Below, piece by piece: positions 58,700-64,000 of a stretch of DNA of 64,000 nt. A program made the position numbers and the translations under genes. The notes below the pieces were generated by a model that saw only the letters and a list, made by a program, of their open reading frames with translations, had not been told where the DNA came from and searched no databases. The stretch's first letter is position 1. Each line of letters begins with the position of its first letter. Source of the stretch: Schizosaccharomyces osmophilus (Eukaryota); assembly GCF_027921745.1 (NCBI RefSeq), contig NC_079238.1, positions 5,394,001 to 5,458,000 of the forward strand. The letters run 5' to 3'.

Positions 58700-60028
58700 C
58701 TAAAACTTAATGCTTCTCACATCCAAATTAATTCTACCGCCACGGTAACTGCCACGCTTCTTTTTATTCTTTTCTTGACGAAATCCTTTACCGCGAGTAA
58801 CACTCAAATCTTGATTAGCTTTGGCTCCATAGTCATCTTCACCGAAATTAAAAGCATTATCCCTATGAGCTTGAGAAGCAAACTCCCACTGGGAGGGGTC
58901 ACCAACCCGGCTAAAAGGCTTTTTCTCGGTACGAGCAGATTTCATTGAAGCTGAATCGCTTTGAGAGTCCTCGTGCTTACGCTTGCTGCCTTGTTCAGAT
59001 GAGGAAGATGAACTAGACGATGAAGAAGCTGAAGAAGAGGATGAACTTGATGATTTGGGTTTTTTATCCTTAGAGGATTTTGAGGAACTTTTTTCTGACT
59101 CGGATTCGCTAGATGATGAGCTTTCATCAGAATCCTCTGACTCGGAAGAACTTTCTGAGGAGGAGGAAGCTGAACTACTAGAAGAGCTTGACCCAGACTC
59201 AGAATCCGAATCGGATTCGTCGCTAGAAGAGCTTGAATCGCTTTCTCCAGAAGAAGAAGAAGACTTACTTGACTTTTCACTTTCATTGTCCTCAGAGTCT
59301 GAGGAACTAGAAGAGCTGCTATCAGAACTGTCATCGTCCGAGGAAGACGAGGACTCTTCGTCGGAGGAGGCGGAGGAGGAAGAAGAGGAACCAGAAGAGC
59401 TGCTATCAGAACTATCATCGTCAGAGGAAGACGAGGACTCTTCGTCGTCGGAGGAGGAGGAGGAAGAAGAGGAACCAGAAGAACTGCTATCAGAACTGTC
59501 ATCGTCAGAGGAAGACGAGGACTCTTCGTCGTCGGAGGAGGAGGAGGAAGAAGAGGAACCAGAAGAACTGCTATCAGAACTGTCATCGTCAGAGGAAGAT
59601 GAGGACTCTTCATCGGAGGAAGAAGAGGAAGAGGAAGAACTAGATCCACTTGAAGACTTTTTTTCACTTTCAGAGGATTCGCTCTCACTTGATGATGAAG
59701 AAGAGCTAGATGATTCTTCAGAATCTGAAGAGGAGGATTCTTCATCAGACGAAGATGTCGAATCTGAATCATCACTGCTTTCTTTTTTGGTGCTTCTTTT
59801 TACCTTCTCGGTGCCTTTTTCTTTAGAACTTTCTTTTTCATTTGAAACATAAGAGGCAATTTCCTTATGGGACAACAAATCTATCAAACTTTTCTTATGT
59901 GTTTGTTTTTCACCAGTTTCGATACTGCCTTCCTTCGCGAAAGCCTTTGCTGTCTTTTCAAAACCATTATCTACCAAAAATTGATAAACTAAAGGGCAAA
60001 CCTTGTTCTTCACGTCAATTCCTCCCAT
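58700..60028 (-). CDS. srp40: Nucleolar phosphoprotein Srp40/Nopp140
   Basis: LisH-like LVYQFLVDNGF, Ser/acidic tracts and SRP40_C (DLSVTRGKGFRQEKNKKKRGSYRGGRI); first ATG at 60028. Confidence 0.93.
   Translation of the reverse strand: MGGIDVKNKVCPLVYQFLVDNGFEKTAKAFAKEGSIETGEKQTHKKSLIDLLSHKEIASYVSNEKESSKEKGTEKVKRSTKKESSDDSDSTSSSDEESSSSDSEESSSSSSSSSESESSESEKKSSSGSSSSSSSSSSDEESSSSSDDDSSDSSSSGSSSSSSSSDDEESSSSSDDDSSDSSSSGSSSSSSSSDDEESSSSSDDDSSDSSSSGSSSSSSASSDEESSSSSDDDSSDSSSSSSSDSEDNESEKSSKSSSSSGESDSSSSSDESDSDSESGSSSSSSSASSSSESSSESEDSDESSSSSESESEKSSSKSSKDKKPKSSSSSSSSASSSSSSSSSSEQGSKRKHEDSQSDSASMKSARTEKKPFSRVGDPSQWEFASQAHRDNAFNFGEDDYGAKANQDLSVTRGKGFRQEKNKKKRGSYRGGRINLDVRSIKF
59305..59640 (-). repeat. 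84-bp (28-aa) coding tandem repeat in srp40, about 4 copies
   Basis: ATCAGAAC recurs at 59321, 59405, 59489 and 59573. Confidence 0.93.
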
Positions 60029-60734
60029 CTCGACGATCTGTGATGCTTGAGCAGAATTTTGCAAGCAGGTTAATTTTTACAAGTGGCTAGTGCAATATAA
60101 ACTGTGACTCTTTGATATACTTATGGTATAATACTATCGGGTACAGTATTGATATCTGACATAAATGTAAATCTCCCAGTTTTGGGATAATATTTCGATT
60201 ATAAAATGTTCTACTATGCACTTAAGCAGTCAGTAGTGATGATAATCAAGAGTCTACTTGAATGATAGAAACGTTGGAAGGTAATCCCAGTAGGTTTCGT
60301 AGCTAGTTTACACTAATGTTAAGAGCGGTTAAAGGATAGTAGAAATGAAAAATAAAGTTTTTCCAACGGTCTGCCTGTTTACTGATTTAACTCGACAGGT
60401 CTATAAGCTTATTCTTACTATGTAAATCCTTGCTAGGATAAGTTATTTGAATTTATCCATTATAGTAATACAAGAGGTATTGCTTTCTTCCAAAATATTG
60501 TCTATTGTTGAATGCAAGCTATCAATTTCCATAAAAAGCGTTCATTGAATAGAAGTTATTATATTAATTAGAGAATTATGCATTAAGTATATATACTTCC
60601 AAAAAATAACGATATTACCAAAAATGATGATTCTTCGTACAACTAAGAAGCAATGCTATGAAGCTATAACCATCAAAAGCTTCGGTATGGAGTTTTAAGC
60701 AAGACTAAAAATAAAGAACCATATACTAGCTGCT

Positions 60735-61849
60735 TCAGACATCAATAGGATTGTTACGTTGGTAGGAAGTTAGGCGAATGAGATTTCGTAAGAGCATGGA
60801 GATAGTTACTTTACCAATACTGGGTACATAAATGCCTGCATGTTCTTTAAGAGACGGAGCATCAAAGTTTTTATCACTTGAAAAACAAATGCAAACAGCT
60901 CCATCACGAACTAGGTAAGAGGGGAATTTATAGTTGCTGGAAGGAACACCGCATATAACAACGTCTGAAATCGGAGCAACATCTTCTAATTTCAAACTGG
61001 TTTCGGTGACATCGTGCTTTCGACTGCGAATTCCCGCTCCTCGGGTAAAGAGCTGAACATTGTTGATATCAACGGAGTAGACCTTTGCACCATCATTCGC
61101 AAGTAATGCTGCGAGAGGACGACCAACAATTTCACTACGGTTCACGACAGTAATAGTTTTTCCATAAAGACGATTACCATAATTGATAATTTTGTTGTAA
61201 ACTCCCAAGTACTCCAAAATCTTTACGATAGCCAAAGGTGTACAGGGCAAAATTGACTTCCTTGTCTTCTCATCGTCTAGATGTCGAATGTTGTGGTACA
61301 TGTTCATCACGTACTTATGGCACAAACCTTCTACATCCTTTTCAGGTGAAACGACCTGCTGTAAATACTGGTCCTGGCGGTTTCCAAAAACGGGAAAATA
61401 AATCATCATGCCATTGACATTCTTATCGAGGTTTGCCTCGACAATGGCATCTTCCAAGTCGTCCTTGGAAACTTCTCGGAGCTCAAAAGCAAAACCAATC
61501 TCCTTACAGGTTTTTTCAGTCCACTCTAAGCATTCATTAGGACCACGCAAAATCATATAAAGACTTTTTATTACATACCAGCATACATGCGAGCAGCGGG
61601 ATCTGTATTAGCAAGAAATCCAACTAACATTGGAACAGGCTCAAATCGCTTAACTAGCTCCTTGAGCTGACCTACAAACGATTCAGCCACTCTGCTAGCA
61701 TATACTACTTCTAGAAAATACACATGTAAGTAAATCGGTTTTTTATGTCTGGGAAGAAAGACTGACTGCTGCATTTGAAAAAGCTTTCATCTTTCGAGAA
61801 CAAACATACTGCAGCTGTTGACGGGTTCTGATACATTCTGTTGGCTCAT
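60735..61849 (-). CDS. mtd1: NAD-dependent methylenetetrahydrofolate dehydrogenase, 3 exons
   Basis: LVGFLANTDPAARMYA|EWT, KDVEGL, ILPCTPLA, VNRSEIVGRPLAALLANDGA and IGKVTI. Confidence 0.93.
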
Positions 61850-62206
61850 GATTATTGATTTTCTTATGTCCTGCTAAAAGAACCTTCACTAAGCAAAAGA
61901 AGGGTGTTGGTATTGGGGAAAAATTTTTTTTAAAGGGTTCAGGTCGAGTACCAAAAGGATCCCCATGAGATCTGAATGATGATGGTGATAATGATGATAA
62001 ATTAAAGAGTGCTTTTTATTCTTTTGATATTAGAACTGGGAGATCGTTTTTAAAAATAAACAAAACGAATACCAAACGTCAGATATACTGAATAGTTGAT
62101 TTGAAATTTATTATTAGAACGGCAATGAGACAAGAATTATAAAAATTATATCAAATTGTATTTATAAAGTCAATGCATTTGCTGAGGGAATTTTGACGAA
62201 CTTGGT

Positions 62207-63187
62207 TTAGAAGAATTGCTTCAAAATCCTTGATTCAACATCCTCTAATAGAGAATTCTTCCCGACGATTTGCACATTTTCGGATTCCAAACGCATCAGC
62301 TTGGCAATATCTTGTCCTGGCTGGATAGTTTGCGAAGTAGCAGCTGTTAGAGAAAACCCTGCCATTCCCATTTCATTTTCAGCATTGCTAGCCACTAAAA
62401 ATTAGACGTCAGTAAACTATGCACATAATACTTTATTCAACATACTGTTATTCTCTCCAAGTAATAATGCATAGACCGATTTTAACCCGAAGAGATTCAA
62501 AAAATACCATGATATAGAAGAAACCCATTGAATACTTAAATCTTGGGTAGCAACTCCAGACTGGAAAATCGATTTAAATTGGTAAGTAAGGGGGAAAGGG
62601 AGTTTTACTGTAATGTTAGAACTATCGTTGTTGAAGTAATCGCATATACTGCATAATGTAGAGACATACATATGATAAAGCCAGAAAAGAATTCATTAAT
62701 CCAGGTCATTATAATTGTTTGAGGAACCACCATTAACATATTTCCCTTCATAGATTCCATCAGATTTTCTAACGTCTTGTCGTCCATCATAGGATTCAGG
62801 TTTTTGGGCGCATTGGGATCGGCAGGCTTCAAGTATTTACCCGACCGTAAAGCGTCTACTAAAAAATCCTTTCTCTTCTCAATAGAATCGGGTAAAAGAA
62901 AACATGCATTGTTTCGAAAGGAAAATGCTCTTTGTAACAAGCGTCTAGAGAGTATTAATCACCGGACGAACTTAGGTTCATCTTCAACACACGTACTGTT
63001 CTCGAATTTCTTCTTTTGTTAGTCTTTTAGGAGAAGACTGTAACAGAATTGTGGCATTATGTCTCAAAACTCCAATCAAGATCATAACAAACATAATGGG
63101 TAAAAGAACCCAGTTTCGAAGAGCTAAACCGATTAATATAAAATAAAATGGGAAAAACGCACCTGGATCAAGCAGAAGCTGTTGCAT
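62207..63187 (-). CDS. emc3: ER membrane protein complex subunit 3, multi-exon
   Basis: MQQLLLDP|ALRNWVLLPI, PQTIIMTWINEFFSGF, KLPFPLT and WVSSISWYFLN. Confidence 0.93.
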
Positions 63188-63708
63188 TTTTCGACCAGAA
63201 TGAAACAAGTCTGTTTCGTGAAGTGAAATGAAATGAAAGTAACCAAAAACAATATGCCACTCTCTAGTAGAAAGTAATTCACAATATTCTAGGATTTTTC
63301 AAAGCAAATCTAAGTCTTTTATAAGAAAACAAAGGAAAACAAGCATTGTTTCAAGAGCCCTTTATAGATTTTTTCAAGAAACCTCTCACTAGATAGCAGG
63401 GCAAAAGCGACCGGCCGCACTCATTTTATGAGTATTATATGAAGGATATTTATTTCTTGATAATTTACATTATCTGGCTAACTTTCTATCCCATCCCATT
63501 ATAGAAGCCAGTATGGATTCCTTCCCACAGGTAAAGTTCAACTTCTTTCTCTCATAAACACAATGCAACGCGAGTTTTTATTGTTACGAACAAATAAGAA
63601 ACGAGTTTTGTTACAAACATTCTATATGTAGATGTGTTTTTTACATTTTCAGATTTTTTCTTAGCAGTTATATACTATTTTTCTTTCAGTTTGAACAAGA
63701 AAGTTGGT

Positions 63709-63763
63709 TGCTCGGGTGGTATTGTTCAATTAACTGTGAACGGTTCGAATCCTTGTATTCTCA
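63709..63763 (+). promoter_or_regulatory. Degenerate tRNA-like Pol III promoter (A box TGCTCGGGTGG, B box GGTTCGAATCC at 63742-63752) leading into tRNA-iMet
   Basis: Perfect B box and near-consensus A box, with no acceptor pairing and no normal anticodon or variable arm. Confidence 0.7.
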
Positions 63764-63770
63764 ATGAAAG

Positions 63771-63842
63771 TGCGCGGTAGGAGAGTGGAACTCCGACGGG
63801 CTCATAACCCGTAGGTCCCAGGATCGAAACCTGGCCGCGCAA
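63771..63842 (+). tRNA. Initiator tRNA-Met(CAU)
   Basis: TGCGCGG/CCGCGCA acceptor with the fission-yeast U1-A72 pair, GGG-CT CAT AA-CCC anticodon arm and GGATCGAAACC T-loop. Confidence 0.97.
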
Positions 63843-64000
63843 TTATTTTCTTTCTTTTTTTCGATAGCAGAGTCAGATGTTTCAGATACACCTTCGTTTC
63901 TGTCGCATTTTACTTTTCAGTGTCAAAGAAGTACACTTCGTAAAGGTTGCATCCAATCCCCAGTTTCTTTTTATTACCTTTTTGGCATTATAAGTTTCAA

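Noticed and set aside
58942..59852. 289-aa Glu/Leu-rich antisense ORF and 277-aa Pro/Leu-rich frameshifted ORF over srp40
   Set aside because: Direct by-products of TCN serine runs in the real gene.
60230..60390. Possible C/D snoRNA (GTGATGA ... CTGA) between srp40 and mtd1
   Set aside because: No terminal stem and no rRNA-complementary guide that I can identify.
1..64000. CRISPR arrays, rRNA genes, intact transposons or wtf-like drivers
   Set aside because: None seen. The long tandem repeats are coding (cnp20, srp40) and lack spacers, and no RT, integrase or transposase ORF is present.

Overview
Eukaryotic fission-yeast DNA (Schizosaccharomyces, not S. pombe itself; protein divergence and gene order suggest the octosporus/cryophilus/osmophilus clade, and the species cannot be fixed from this window). 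It holds about 27 intact protein genes, several with GT..CTAAC/CTAAT..YAG introns, and 3 tRNA genes. Gene order follows S. pombe chromosome II as I recall it: SPBC1271.10c-15c, fet4, an inverted SPBC1773.03c-11c block, bcp1-far8-cnp20-ede1. An accessory island of about 9 kb follows, then the SPBC1711 block (tam9, rpl401, srp40, mtd1, emc3), which in S. pombe abuts the silent mating-type region. Main unannotated signals: (1) a probable meiRNA/sme2 lncRNA orthologue between mrpl8 and aga1, with 13 plus-strand TNAAAC (DSR) motifs and a 43-bp hairpin; (2) a collapsed tRNA reduced to A box + B box placed exactly 7 nt ahead of tRNA-iMet; (3) a fossil psf3-DUF3128-lys3 segmental duplication next to a Zn2Cys6 factor and two RTA1 genes that share a CCG-repeat promoter motif; (4) a young 96-bp tandem repeat inside CENP-T. 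Orthology and synteny statements come from recalled S. pombe annotation, not from searches run here.
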